Assembly: GCA_949299165.1 (NCBI GenBank)
Contig: CASFZJ010000001.1
Coordinates: forward strand, 626-64,625
DNA length: 64,000 bases
Direction: 5' to 3'
From: an uncultured bacterium
GTDB lineage: Bacteria > Bacillota_I > Bacilli_A > RFN20 > CAG-826
Positions 1 to 10,166 of the stretch are shown here, piece after piece. Within the stretch, counting starts at the first letter, position 1. Each line of letters starts with the position of its first letter. Under the pieces are notes generated by a model. It made no database searches. It had not been told where the DNA came from and saw only the letters and a program-made list of their open reading frames with translations. The position numbers and the translations under genes are program-made.

Positions 1-910
1 TTCCGTTATTTACATTTTCAATAATTGCTTTTCTTGCTTCTTCCTTATTATTAAAGATTTTAGCTTGAACTAACATAATTGATCCGCTATCAATACACAA
101 GTCAGTTAAATCTTTAGGTCCTCGTCCATGAAGCGTTTCGATGACTTCTTTAACTTCAAGATTATTGCCAACCGCCATACCTAAAGGTTGATCCATATCT
201 GTAACTTCAGCTTTTACATCTTTATTTAAAGCTTTTCCAATATTTACCATAGTAACAGCTAATTTTTTGGCGTCTTTTAAATTTTTCATAAAAGCACCGC
301 TACCGTATTTAACATCGAGCAAGATAGCATCACTTCCGCTTGCTAACTTTTTAGACATAATGCTGCTTGCAATCAAAGGAATTGATGCAACAGTTCCAGT
401 TACATCTCTTAAAGCATAAAGTTTCTTATCAGCAGGATCTAAATCTTCGTTTTGTCCAATAATAGAAATACCAATTTCTCTAACTTGGTGTTTAAATTCT
501 TCTTCGGTTAAATTAATTCTACATCCTGGAATCGATTCGAGTTTATCAAGTGTTCCACCAGTGTGGCCTAAGCCTCTACCACTCATTTTAGCAAGTTTGG
601 CGCCAAGAGAAGCAATCATTGGCCCTAAAACGAGTGAGACTTTATCTCCAACGCCTCCGGTTGAATGTTTATCAACTTTAATACCAGGAATATCACTTAA
701 ATCAAGAGTATCTCCACTATTTTTCATTTCATCAGTTAAATCTGAAATTTCTTGATTATTCATGCCATTTAAATAAATCGCCATTAATAAGGCACTAGCT
801 TGATAATCTTTAATCTCTCCGTTTACATAATTTTTAATGAAATAATGAATTTCTTCTCTAGTGAGAACTTTTTTGTCACGTTTTTTGCCAATAATTTCTA
901 AAATATCCAT
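1..910 (-). CDS. pdp: pyrimidine-nucleoside / thymidine phosphorylase (C-terminus cut by window edge)
   Basis: Reverse-strand translation from the ATG at 908-910 reads MDILEIIGKKRDKK...DKHSTGGVGDKVSLVLGP...SGRGLGHTGGTLDKLESIPG. These are the characteristic Pdp/DeoA motifs. The ORF runs off position 1. Confidence 0.85.
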   Translation of the reverse strand, partial: MDILEIIGKKRDKKVLTREEIHYFIKNYVNGEIKDYQASALLMAIYLNGMNNQEISDLTDEMKNSGDTLDLSDIPGIKVDKHSTGGVGDKVSLVLGPMIASLGAKLAKMSGRGLGHTGGTLDKLESIPGCRINLTEEEFKHQVREIGISIIGQNEDLDPADKKLYALRDVTGTVASIPLIASSIMSKKLASGSDAILLDVKYGSGAFMKNLKDAKKLAVTMVNIGKALNKDVKAEVTDMDQPLGMAVGNNLEVKEVIETLHGRGPKDLTDLCIDSGSIMLVQAKIFNNKEEARKAIIENVNNG

Positions 911-1004
911 ATGTTTTTCCTTTGATAATTCATTATATAAAAAAAGATGGCATATTATAAGAAAATACCTACAAAATTTTTCCTAATTTATCTATTATTT
1001 ATGT

Positions 1005-2294
1005 ATGACTTTTAGAGAAAATTTGTTGGAATATTTACCTGTCGATATTGTTGATTCACTGTTAGACTCACAAGAAGAAGAAAGAACAAGTTCTCTAATT
1101 TTAAATACTCGAAAAATAAAAGCAGAAGATTTTAAGAAAGAGTATCCTAATATTTCGGCACATGATTTTATCGAAAATACATATTATTTTGACAAAAATG
1201 AATATCAATTTGGTAAATCATATATGTTTGAAAATGGTGCTTACTACTTAATTGATACTAGTTCACTACTAGTTTCCTACTATTTACCTACTAATGAGCA
1301 CGATTTAGTACTTGATATGTGCTCGGCACCTGGTGGAAAGACTATTTCACTACTTCTCCAAAACCAAAATAAAAATCTGCACGTTATTGCTAACGATATC
1401 AGTTATAACCGATGTTTAGAACTATCTAAAAACATTGAACGACAAGGGTTTGGAAATGTAGTTGTCACAAATAATGATTTAACGCAAATTTATAAGCACT
1501 ACTTAAATAAATTCAATGCTATCATTCTTGATGCTCCTTGTTCAGGAAGTGCGATGTTTAGAAAAAACGAACAAGCAAAAAAAGAATGGTCAATAAATAA
1601 AGTATTAAAAATGCAAGAAACACAACTTTCATTACTTAATATTGGCTTAATGATGTTAAAACCAGGCGGATATTTAATGTATTCAACTTGTAGTTTCTCT
1701 AAAGAAGAAAATGAAGATGTAATTCTTCAAACTATTGAAAAATTTGATGATATAGAAATCGTTAATATTGAAGCTAAAAAAGAATATTTTAAAAGTGATC
1801 TTTTACCTGAAGCAATACATATTTTTCCTAACATGTATAAAGGAGAAGGCCAATTTTTATGCTTATTGCACAAAAAAGGTACTCCAAATTTCCCGGAAAA
1901 AAGCACAAAAAATACTATTTTTCATAAAAATCTTTGGGAAAAATATAAAATTTCCCAGAAAAATGAAAAAAACCTTAAAAATGAGATTTATTTTTATGAT
2001 GAATTTGTCGATTTTAGCAAATTTAAAGTTATTAGATATGGATTACATTTTGGAAAAGAAGAAAAAAATGTATTTATACCAGACTTTCATTTAGCCCACT
2101 ATTTATCGAATGAAAATTCAATCGTTCTCGATGAATCTAATTTTAAAAAATATATTCATGGTGAAGAATTGCAACTCAATCTAAATTTAAAAAACGACTT
2201 TTACGTCGTTTCATATAAAGGTTTAAATTTAGGCTTTGTTAAATATGTTAATGGAAAACTTAAAAATTATTACCCAAAAGGATTAAGACATTAA
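1005..2294 (+). CDS. rsmF: RsmB/RsmF-family 16S rRNA m5C methyltransferase
   Basis: 429-aa ORF with the SAM-binding CSAPGGKT, DAPCSGSAMFRKN and the catalytic YSTCSFSKEENE. The C-terminal ...GKLKNYYPKGLR tail is typical of RsmF/YebU. Confidence 0.75.
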   Translation: MTFRENLLEYLPVDIVDSLLDSQEEERTSSLILNTRKIKAEDFKKEYPNISAHDFIENTYYFDKNEYQFGKSYMFENGAYYLIDTSSLLVSYYLPTNEHDLVLDMCSAPGGKTISLLLQNQNKNLHVIANDISYNRCLELSKNIERQGFGNVVVTNNDLTQIYKHYLNKFNAIILDAPCSGSAMFRKNEQAKKEWSINKVLKMQETQLSLLNIGLMMLKPGGYLMYSTCSFSKEENEDVILQTIEKFDDIEIVNIEAKKEYFKSDLLPEAIHIFPNMYKGEGQFLCLLHKKGTPNFPEKSTKNTIFHKNLWEKYKISQKNEKNLKNEIYFYDEFVDFSKFKVIRYGLHFGKEEKNVFIPDFHLAHYLSNENSIVLDESNFKKYIHGEELQLNLNLKNDFYVVSYKGLNLGFVKYVNGKLKNYYPKGLRH

Positions 2295-3070
2295 TGTTTT
2301 TCGTTAGCTTTTTCTATTAGATTAAGATTTCTTTCTTTGATTTCTTGCACTCCTTCAAGGCACATTTTGTGCGCTTCTTTACTTAACTCAACAGTCGATT
2401 TTTCTTTATAATCATCAAAAGTAAACGTTTTATTAAACTTTAAAGTAACAGGATATTTCTTATTTTTACATTTAATGTCAAGAATTTTTTGTGTGCCTAA
2501 AAGTGAAAAAACGTTAACATTTATACAAGTTTTCATCGCAGGTTTGAATGTTCCATAATGAAATTGATTTGGTAAATAAACATTAATTTTATTTCTTGTT
2601 CCTTCAGGGAAAATTAGCCAATCTAAATTAGGATATTTTCCCATTTTATTAGCAATTGATTTAAAAACCTTTAAGGATTGTTTTAAATTATCTCGGTCTA
2701 AAAATTCTCCTTCAAGAATTTTAATGATGCGATTTACAAAAGGATAATGAAGAATTTGTATTTTTGCTACTACTGTTATAGGTCTTTTAGCTATTGCAAT
2801 AAAAATTAAAGGGTCAAAATCACTAATATGATTTGCAACAATTAAACGAGATTCTTCATTTTTTAAGGTATTTTCATACTTATCAAGATCAATCTCATCA
2901 AGTGAAACATTAAAAGCTTTCAAGACTTTTTTAATTAATTTTTGAATTTTAAAAAACCTTTTATTTAAGTCATATTTGCTTGGTTTAAGTGAATAACGAA
3001 GCATCCAAGCAAAATAATCCCAAACTAAAACAGGTAATATTTTTAAAATAACTTTAAAATATTTAAGCAT
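2291..3070 (-). CDS. plsC: 1-acyl-sn-glycerol-3-phosphate acyltransferase
   Basis: 259 aa with an N-terminal hydrophobic anchor, the HX4D motif NHISDFDP and the FPEGTR motif. Confidence 0.8.
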   Translation of the reverse strand: MLKYFKVILKILPVLVWDYFAWMLRYSLKPSKYDLNKRFFKIQKLIKKVLKAFNVSLDEIDLDKYENTLKNEESRLIVANHISDFDPLIFIAIAKRPITVVAKIQILHYPFVNRIIKILEGEFLDRDNLKQSLKVFKSIANKMGKYPNLDWLIFPEGTRNKINVYLPNQFHYGTFKPAMKTCINVNVFSLLGTQKILDIKCKNKKYPVTLKFNKTFTFDDYKEKSTVELSKEAHKMCLEGVQEIKERNLNLIEKANEKH

Positions 3071-5219
3071 TTTTCTTCTTCTTTACGTAAACGTTAACTG
3101 AGTGAGGTGCAACAATAACATTTTGAATATAGATATCTGAATTTCTTAAATATCCGCCTTCGCCAATAATTAATCGATAATAATCATCATAGGTAAAATT
3201 AATACTCTTATCAGTTGGATTAAAGATATAAGAATATGTTTCCCCCGCATTTTTAGAGAAAATCTTGAATTCTAATGCACCATTTTCTAGATTTACAAAA
3301 ACGTTAGATTTTGCGATATCTTCGCTAGTTTTGAAGCTATCAAAAGCCGAATCATAGCCTTTACGAGCATGTAATAAACTACTTAAAAAGACACTATGTT
3401 CAAATCTTTCATCTAAAATTCGATAATCAAATTTATTGTATTCATCGCCCTTATTATAGGTGTTATCTTCCATTTTCTTAGATAAACCAATTTCTTGACC
3501 TGCGTGATAAAAAGGAATACCAAGCGAAAATAAAACAGTTGCATTAATCATTTTTAAGATTTTGAGTTTAAATTCATCATCTTTATCTGGGAATGAGCGA
3601 GAAATTTTGTCATAGACTGTTCCATTATCATGGCATTCTACATAATTTATCGATTGTTCCATGCTTAAAAATCTTGGTGGATAACAATAACTTACGCAAC
3701 TTCCAAGCAAAACAAATTTAAAACCTTCTAAGAATGAGGTATTACCTAAAATGTAACCTGGGTAACTATTGTTTTTAAAATCATTGTTGCCGCGAACAAT
3801 ATCTCTAAATGTATCATTAAAGAATGCAATATCTGGTGTCTTAAATGCGTTAAATATCGATGTTTTTTTGTCTGAAGGAAGATTTGTTGCCATATCCCAT
3901 CCTTCACCATAAATCATGCAATCTGGTTTAATTTCGCGTAATTTTTTAACCGCAAGATTCATTGTGTCGATATCAATTAATCCCATCAAATCAAAACGAT
4001 ATCCATCGATTCCATATTCTTTCATCCAGAAAACGAGTGCATCGATAATAAGTTTTCTCACCATTGAACGAGATGTGTCTAAATCGTTCCCACATCCACT
4101 CCCATTACAAAGCGTACCATTACGATTTTTTCTGAAATAATAGTTAGGCACAATTTGTTCAAAAGTTGAAAATTCTGAAGCATAAACGTGGTTGAAAACA
4201 ACATCCATATTGACCTTGATGCCATTTTTATGGAAAGCTGCTACCATTTCTTTAAGTTCGACGATACGAGAATAAGGATCATTTGGATCTAATGAATAGC
4301 TTCCTTCTGGCACAAAATATTGTTGAGGATCATATCCCCAGTTATATTGAAGGTCAGGATTTAATTCATCAACCGTTTTATAATCATAAATTGGTAAAAG
4401 TTGAACATGACTTACTCCTAAAAATTTAATGTAATCAAGTCCAGCAGGATTGCCGCCCTTAGTTTTTCTGCCTTCTTCAGTAAGCCCAACATATTTTCCT
4501 TTATATTTGATGTCAGTATAATCATCAATTGTCATGTCACGGACATGGAATTCATAAACTACTGCTTCTGTGTTTCGAGTTTGTTTAGGCAATTTATCTT
4601 CGTGTAAATCGATTTGAACTCGAGAAAAATCAATAACGGCACTATCTCTCCCATTAGCTGTTGAGCCTTTTGCATAAGGATCAGTGGTAATAAAATTTAA
4701 ACCGCTATTTGTAACAGAATAACGATATAAATATCCATTATAATCGCCATTTAATGTAAGAGAGAAAACACCTTTTTCTCCTCTTTTCATTTTATAAGTT
4801 AAGAAAGTTTCATTAGCTGATTTTCTAATAAATAAGGAAACTTTACTAGCAAGAGGCGCCCAAACTTTAAAAGTTGTTGCTTCTTTCGTGTAAGTTGCAC
4901 CTAAATCATCCCCATCATAATAAAAATCTTCATCAAAAGATGGAAAAGTTGTTGCTTCATTAACATTTAAGGAAGTAAAACCAAAATCACGGCATTGAAT
5001 CACATATTCGTGCCCTAATTCAATCTTATTTTTACTTCTACATTCGTATAAACAAAGTCCATTTAAAAAACTCTGTTTAGCGATTTCAAGAATAATTATT
5101 TTTTCACCATCAACAATTAAATTAAAAGGTGAACTTGTACTTTTATTTACGTCTGAAAAAATTGCAATTCTTATAGTATGATAATCGACTAAGTTTGCTC
5201 CAAAGAAAGTGTTAATCAT
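3063..5219 (-). CDS. amyX: type I pullulanase / debranching enzyme (GH13), cytoplasmic AmyX type
   Basis: 718 aa with no signal peptide. GH13 conserved regions are present: YNWGYDP, DVVFNHV, GYRFDLMG, YGEGWD, YVECHDN. Confidence 0.85.
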   Translation of the reverse strand: MINTFFGANLVDYHTIRIAIFSDVNKSTSSPFNLIVDGEKIIILEIAKQSFLNGLCLYECRSKNKIELGHEYVIQCRDFGFTSLNVNEATTFPSFDEDFYYDGDDLGATYTKEATTFKVWAPLASKVSLFIRKSANETFLTYKMKRGEKGVFSLTLNGDYNGYLYRYSVTNSGLNFITTDPYAKGSTANGRDSAVIDFSRVQIDLHEDKLPKQTRNTEAVVYEFHVRDMTIDDYTDIKYKGKYVGLTEEGRKTKGGNPAGLDYIKFLGVSHVQLLPIYDYKTVDELNPDLQYNWGYDPQQYFVPEGSYSLDPNDPYSRIVELKEMVAAFHKNGIKVNMDVVFNHVYASEFSTFEQIVPNYYFRKNRNGTLCNGSGCGNDLDTSRSMVRKLIIDALVFWMKEYGIDGYRFDLMGLIDIDTMNLAVKKLREIKPDCMIYGEGWDMATNLPSDKKTSIFNAFKTPDIAFFNDTFRDIVRGNNDFKNNSYPGYILGNTSFLEGFKFVLLGSCVSYCYPPRFLSMEQSINYVECHDNGTVYDKISRSFPDKDDEFKLKILKMINATVLFSLGIPFYHAGQEIGLSKKMEDNTYNKGDEYNKFDYRILDERFEHSVFLSSLLHARKGYDSAFDSFKTSEDIAKSNVFVNLENGALEFKIFSKNAGETYSYIFNPTDKSINFTYDDYYRLIIGEGGYLRNSDIYIQNVIVAPHSVNVYVKKKKNA

Positions 5220-5529
5220 AAATTACAACTCCAATACAATAATTTTCTTCATGAGTTAAAGAAGCTGGATATTCTCTATCTAAATAAGAAATGTAAATTG
5301 CTCCTGTTTTTTCTTTAACTACGATAATTTTGTTTAAATTTTCTTCCAAGATTCCTTTTTTCATTGATTTTAAAAAGGCTTCTTTTAGTGCAAATCGACT
5401 TGCTAAATATTTAGCTTTATCGACTGATAAATAATACTCATTTAATTCGCTTTCTGAAAGAACTTTTTTTGCTAAATTTTCTTTATTAACGAATCGTGGA
5501 ATAAAAGTCATATCTATTCCTACTTTCAT
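5212..5529 (-). CDS. acpS: holo-[acyl-carrier-protein] synthase
   Basis: 105 aa. It starts MKVGIDMTFIPRF and contains FALKEAFLKS, the AcpS 4'-phosphopantetheinyl transferase pattern. It overlaps amyX by 8 nt. Confidence 0.8.
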   Translation of the reverse strand: MKVGIDMTFIPRFVNKENLAKKVLSESELNEYYLSVDKAKYLASRFALKEAFLKSMKKGILEENLNKIIVVKEKTGAIYISYLDREYPASLTHEENYCIGVVIYD

Positions 5530-5533
5530 AAAA

Positions 5534-8401
5534 CTAATATTCCTTTTTTGAATAATCCATGGTTGTTACTTCACTTGAACCTGGATTTTCACTTTGAATA
5601 AATGGTTCTTGTGGAGTATGAACTATAACTCTTCTACCTTTTGAATTATTAGTTGCGCTAGTTTCTGATTCAATAATGCCTTCTTCTTCTAATTTTTGGA
5701 ACATCTTTCCAGCACGAGGAAAACCAAGTGAGAATGTTCTTTGAATTTTAGAAATTGAAGTATATTCTTGACTCATTACCCATTTTTTAATGTCTTCATA
5801 AACTGAGTTATAGCTTTCTTCTTTTTGTTGTCCGATTTCTTCTAAACTTGTTGTTGATTTAGTTTTTTCTTCTAAATCTAAGAATTCTGGATCATATTTC
5901 ACAGGATAGCGCTCTTTTAAGAACTCAACGGTTTTTCTAATTTCTTTATTATCAACAAAACAACCTTGAACACGAGCAAATCCTTGTTTTGTAACAAGCG
6001 AACAAGATACGAGCATATCACCATTTCCAAGTAATTTTTCAGCGCCACCTTCTCCTAAAATGGTGACTGAATCTACTGCACTTGAACAAGATAAAGCAAC
6101 ACGTGTTGGGAGATTAGCTTTAATTGTTCCCGTAATAACATTAGTTGAAGGTCTTTGAGTTGCGATAATCATGTGAATACCACTTGCTCTCGCTTTTTGG
6201 CCAAGTCGAACAACTGGTTCGCTACATTTACGATTTGTATCCATTAAATCAGCAAATTCATCACAAATTAAGACAATATAAGGCATTTTTTCTTTGCCCA
6301 TTTCAAGAGCTTCTTGATTGTATTGCTTAATATTGCTCACTCCACAATTTTCAAAAATTTCATAACGTCTATCCATCTCTACGCATAATTTTTGAAGTGC
6401 AATATAAGCTTTATGTGCATCGTTAATTGGTGGGCAAAGTAAATGAGGCATTTCTTTATATTTACCAAATTCAACTCTTTTTGGGTCAATCATTACCATT
6501 TTCAAGTTATCAACTGGATTACGCATGATTAAACTCATAATGACACTATGCATAAAGATAGATTTACCACTACCAGTTGTTCCACAAACAAGAAGATGAG
6601 GGAAATCTTTTAAATCAGCACTAACATAATTTCCACTAATGTCCTGACCAAAAGGAATATAAAGCGAATTTTTCTCACCTTCAGGTAAATGTTTTAAACA
6701 ATCTTTGAAATTAACTAGGCTTACTTTAGCATTGGCAATCTCTATGCCAGAGGTTGATTTTCCTTGAACAATAGGCACAAAACGGCACCCAACTCCGCCA
6801 AGTCTAACCGATATATCATCCATATATTTTGAAATACCATTAATAGAAACACTCTTTTCGGTTTGCAAATCATAACGAGTAACACTAGGTCCAATTGTAT
6901 AGCCAACAATTGAGGCACCAATGCTTAAATCTGAGAAAATCTGATTAATTTTTTCTTTTCTTGAATCACAAACCGCAATATTTTCATCAACTGTACCGCT
7001 TGAATCACGATCTTCTAAAAGATCAACTGGTGGATATTCATATTTTCCAGTGTATTGTTTGTCGTTAGAAAGTTCGACTTTATTTGAATAAACAGGTTCA
7101 GTGTTTTCTTCATAATGAGGTTTAGTCGCCGCAAGTCGATCAATTTCTCTTTGTCTTTCAATCTCTTTTTGTCTTTGAATCTCTTCTAAATTTTGATTAA
7201 TTTCTTGTTTTATTTCTTCTTTTATATATGTAACAGGTTCTTGAGCTTTAACTTCCTCAGCTTTTGATGAAGCCATAACTTCTGGCACAACTTTTTTTGT
7301 ATTCATTGAAGAAGATAAAGTCGCCTCAGTAACTTTGTTTCCATAATCAATAGTTTCAACAAATTTATTTTCTTCTTGTGCATCTTGCGGATAATTTTCA
7401 GAAATATTTTCAGAAACTGAGTTTTCCTCAATTGAAACTTCTTTCTTTTCTTCTTGAACAATAATATTTTCATTTTGCGAAAGGTTAAATTGAGCTTTAA
7501 CTAGACCTTCTGTTTCGTTTGCATTATTAAGATAAGGGCTGGCACGATATGGATTTTCGTGAACTACTTCAACTGGTTTTTGTTCGTTAGTTCTATAGTC
7601 TTCACCTAAAACGTTCTTAAAAATTTCGTTAACTTCAGGTTTTACTTCAGTTTCGTTGATGTGAACTGATTTAGGAACAATATTTTCTCTATTTTCTCTT
7701 ATATTATTAACACTGTTAAAATCATAATTTACATCTTTTGCGACATCATATTGAGGATTCGAATCTTTAATATCTTTTCTGAAAACTTGATTTTTATAAT
7801 CAATAATTAATTTTGTGGCTTTAATGCAAGGTTTCCCAAGAGCGAAAAATAAACCTAGAACAAGCAAAATTGAACCAATAACGTAAGATCCGATATTTGT
7901 CATTCCACTATTTATCAAAGCAACTAAAACCATGCCGATAATTCCAGCGTTTTCATAATTATGAACGTTTGGAAAATCTTCATAAGTAAAGTTAAAATAT
8001 TCACCAAAATTTGAGAAAGTTAAATAACCTAAATTATCATCAACCATTGAGTTTGAAACTAAAATTAAACAAGCAATAACAATGAAAATAATTCCAAAAA
8101 TGGTAAGATTTAAGTTGATTTTTGCACGTTTTTTTGTAAAAAGTATGAGTTTTAATCCATATAAAAATAGGAGTAAATAAACCGCGTAGGCAAGTATTGA
8201 GCCAACAAAAAATGAGACACACCAATTGATAAATTTACTTACATAAATAAATCCATCAGTTACTGGCGCATTTGATAAAGCTCCAAAAATTGCGATTAAA
8301 CAAACTAAAAATCCAAGAGCAATTCTTGTCCAATTAAAATTTATAGTGTCGAGCACTTTTTTCTTAAATTTATCCACGTAAATATTATAAGAAATTAGCA
8401 A
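5534..8401 (-). CDS. ftsK: DNA translocase FtsK/SpoIIIE
   Basis: 955 aa: N-terminal polytopic membrane domain, long low-complexity linker, motor domain with Walker A GTTGSGKS and Walker B LICDEFADL, and a C-terminal gamma wHTH (ISKIQRTFSLGFPRAGK). The ORF-track start is a TTG at 8399-8401 that sits inside the T-tract of the upstream terminator, so the true start is uncertain. Confidence 0.85.
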   Translation of the reverse strand: MLISYNIYVDKFKKKVLDTINFNWTRIALGFLVCLIAIFGALSNAPVTDGFIYVSKFINWCVSFFVGSILAYAVYLLLFLYGLKLILFTKKRAKINLNLTIFGIIFIVIACLILVSNSMVDDNLGYLTFSNFGEYFNFTYEDFPNVHNYENAGIIGMVLVALINSGMTNIGSYVIGSILLVLGLFFALGKPCIKATKLIIDYKNQVFRKDIKDSNPQYDVAKDVNYDFNSVNNIRENRENIVPKSVHINETEVKPEVNEIFKNVLGEDYRTNEQKPVEVVHENPYRASPYLNNANETEGLVKAQFNLSQNENIIVQEEKKEVSIEENSVSENISENYPQDAQEENKFVETIDYGNKVTEATLSSSMNTKKVVPEVMASSKAEEVKAQEPVTYIKEEIKQEINQNLEEIQRQKEIERQREIDRLAATKPHYEENTEPVYSNKVELSNDKQYTGKYEYPPVDLLEDRDSSGTVDENIAVCDSRKEKINQIFSDLSIGASIVGYTIGPSVTRYDLQTEKSVSINGISKYMDDISVRLGGVGCRFVPIVQGKSTSGIEIANAKVSLVNFKDCLKHLPEGEKNSLYIPFGQDISGNYVSADLKDFPHLLVCGTTGSGKSIFMHSVIMSLIMRNPVDNLKMVMIDPKRVEFGKYKEMPHLLCPPINDAHKAYIALQKLCVEMDRRYEIFENCGVSNIKQYNQEALEMGKEKMPYIVLICDEFADLMDTNRKCSEPVVRLGQKARASGIHMIIATQRPSTNVITGTIKANLPTRVALSCSSAVDSVTILGEGGAEKLLGNGDMLVSCSLVTKQGFARVQGCFVDNKEIRKTVEFLKERYPVKYDPEFLDLEEKTKSTTSLEEIGQQKEESYNSVYEDIKKWVMSQEYTSISKIQRTFSLGFPRAGKMFQKLEEEGIIESETSATNNSKGRRVIVHTPQEPFIQSENPGSSEVTTMDYSKKEY

Positions 8402-8429
8402 AAAAAATGATAGACAATAAGTCTATCAT
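8401..8429 (-). terminator. rho-independent terminator downstream of the RNase J-like gene
   Basis: The minus strand reads ATGATAGAC-ttatt-GTCTATCAT followed by TTTTTTT. This is a 9-bp perfect stem. Confidence 0.6.
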
Positions 8430-8444
8430 TTGAAATTTTATGTT

Positions 8445-10133
8445 TTAATCAATTACCAAGATATTTGGTTTTACAACTGGGTTACGGTTGCTACCTCTTA
8501 AAAGATATTTTGCAATAATTCCAGTAATTTGTTCTTCAATCTTTTTGGTATCGAAATCTTTAGTGGTTTCTAACCATTTTTCGACCATATCGATGAACAT
8601 TTTAGTCATTTCTTTAAGCATTACGTCTGCTTCTTTATCTTTTAAGAAGAGGAATCCTCTCATTTGAACATCAGGTCCAGCGATAATTTTTCTTTCTTGG
8701 CGACTTACTGCAACGCCAAATACTGCTACACCATCTTCACTAAGTCTTGTTCTTTCGCTAATAATTTCATTAACGACGTCACCAACACCAATTCCATCAA
8801 TCATGATTTCGCCACAAGGGACTTTCCCACTTGTATTAAAATCAACTTGGGCGCCATTTTCATCAATTAATAATGAATTTCCATTATCAAGAAGGAAAAT
8901 ATTTCGATGTGTAAGGCCAATTCTCATTTCAAAAGCAAGTTTTGCGTTTTCTAAAAGATTGACATAGTATCCTTCAATTGGGAAATAATATTTTGGCTTA
9001 AGTAAGGATAAAAGCATCTTAATATCTTCTTCATAAGCATGCATTTTACCTAAGGATTTTCTTGTTAAATAGTAGACATGGCATCCACTTTTATAAACTT
9101 CATCAATTGTACTTGTTGCAATAACTTCATTGTTATCATTTGCAACGCAACCGATAAAGAAAGTGTCATTTTCTGTGATACGAAGTTGTTTTTCTTCATT
9201 TTCACCATTAGCAAGAAGCGAAATTTTATCAAAAATTCTTTCGCCAACATCAGATAAAATAATAACTAAATCTTGTTCTTTATAACGTAAAATATCTTCG
9301 ATTGCGACGATATTTTTGCTATTAAAATAAGGATCTTGTTCAAATCTACGTAAGTTAAAAATCCATTTAGTTGTCTCATCGTACAAACAAACTTTTTTGT
9401 TAAATTCAGCACAGGCTCTAAAAACTTCATCCATGTGATATAAATTATCACTTGGTACAGCAACAAAAACTCTACCAGGAGCTGCTTTAAATTGGCTGAC
9501 TAAATGGTTATAAATTTTATGATTTGGCGAACAATATCCAGCTTTTGTGGCATTTACTGATTCACCTAAAAGTAAACAAGTTGGATTTTCACTAATTTTA
9601 CCTAAAGTATTTAAATCAAGTTTGAAATATTTGTTGTTTGCATATTCAACAATAAAATCACCACTATAAACAATGTTTCCTAAATCAGTTTTAATGCTTA
9701 AGCCAAAAGTTGAAGGCATTGAAGCGCATGTTGAGAAGAACATAAATTCACGTCCAGAAATGTCAACTTTTGATGGCAAAGTGATGTATTTATAATCGTA
9801 TGTATAGGCAATTTTTCTCTCTTTTGTAAATAAATCGAGATATAAACCAGTAAGTTGTGTGCAATAAACTGGTGCTGGCACTTCTTGAATAATATAAGGA
9901 AGCGCACCAAAGCTATTTGTTTTGCCTTTAGGTAAAATATAAGCTTTAACTCTTTCTTTGTTTTCTTTTAAATAGTCAAAATTAGCGATAATAAAATCGA
10001 TACCTGGTGTAGTTTTAGTTGGATATCTAAAACCAGCACCAATAACAAAAATGTCATCGTTAACTTCGATTACATAAAGATCTTTTCCGTCTTCATCAAG
10101 GCCACCGAGGGCCATTACTCTAATTTTATCCAT
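8445..10133 (-). CDS. RNase J-like protein with a degenerate metallo-beta-lactamase active site
   Basis: 562 aa, collinear with my recollection of B. subtilis RNase J1 (GIDFIIANFDYLKENKERVKAYILP...FGALPYII versus [39 protein letters not shown]). The HGHEDH motif is replaced by KGKTNS (nt 9912-9929). PIHGEY is replaced by PIEGYY. Confidence 0.8.
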   Translation of the reverse strand: MDKIRVMALGGLDEDGKDLYVIEVNDDIFVIGAGFRYPTKTTPGIDFIIANFDYLKENKERVKAYILPKGKTNSFGALPYIIQEVPAPVYCTQLTGLYLDLFTKERKIAYTYDYKYITLPSKVDISGREFMFFSTCASMPSTFGLSIKTDLGNIVYSGDFIVEYANNKYFKLDLNTLGKISENPTCLLLGESVNATKAGYCSPNHKIYNHLVSQFKAAPGRVFVAVPSDNLYHMDEVFRACAEFNKKVCLYDETTKWIFNLRRFEQDPYFNSKNIVAIEDILRYKEQDLVIILSDVGERIFDKISLLANGENEEKQLRITENDTFFIGCVANDNNEVIATSTIDEVYKSGCHVYYLTRKSLGKMHAYEEDIKMLLSLLKPKYYFPIEGYYVNLLENAKLAFEMRIGLTHRNIFLLDNGNSLLIDENGAQVDFNTSGKVPCGEIMIDGIGVGDVVNEIISERTRLSEDGVAVFGVAVSRQERKIIAGPDVQMRGFLFLKDKEADVMLKEMTKMFIDMVEKWLETTKDFDTKKIEEQITGIIAKYLLRGSNRNPVVKPNILVID

Positions 10134-10166
10134 ATTTATAATTACGTGCTTATTATCTTAAAAAAT

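Noticed and set aside
1768-2094. 108-aa same-strand alternative-frame ORF within the rsmF-like gene
   Set aside because: It is a K/F-rich out-of-frame reading of an A-rich stretch. The main frame carries the conserved RsmF C-terminal region.
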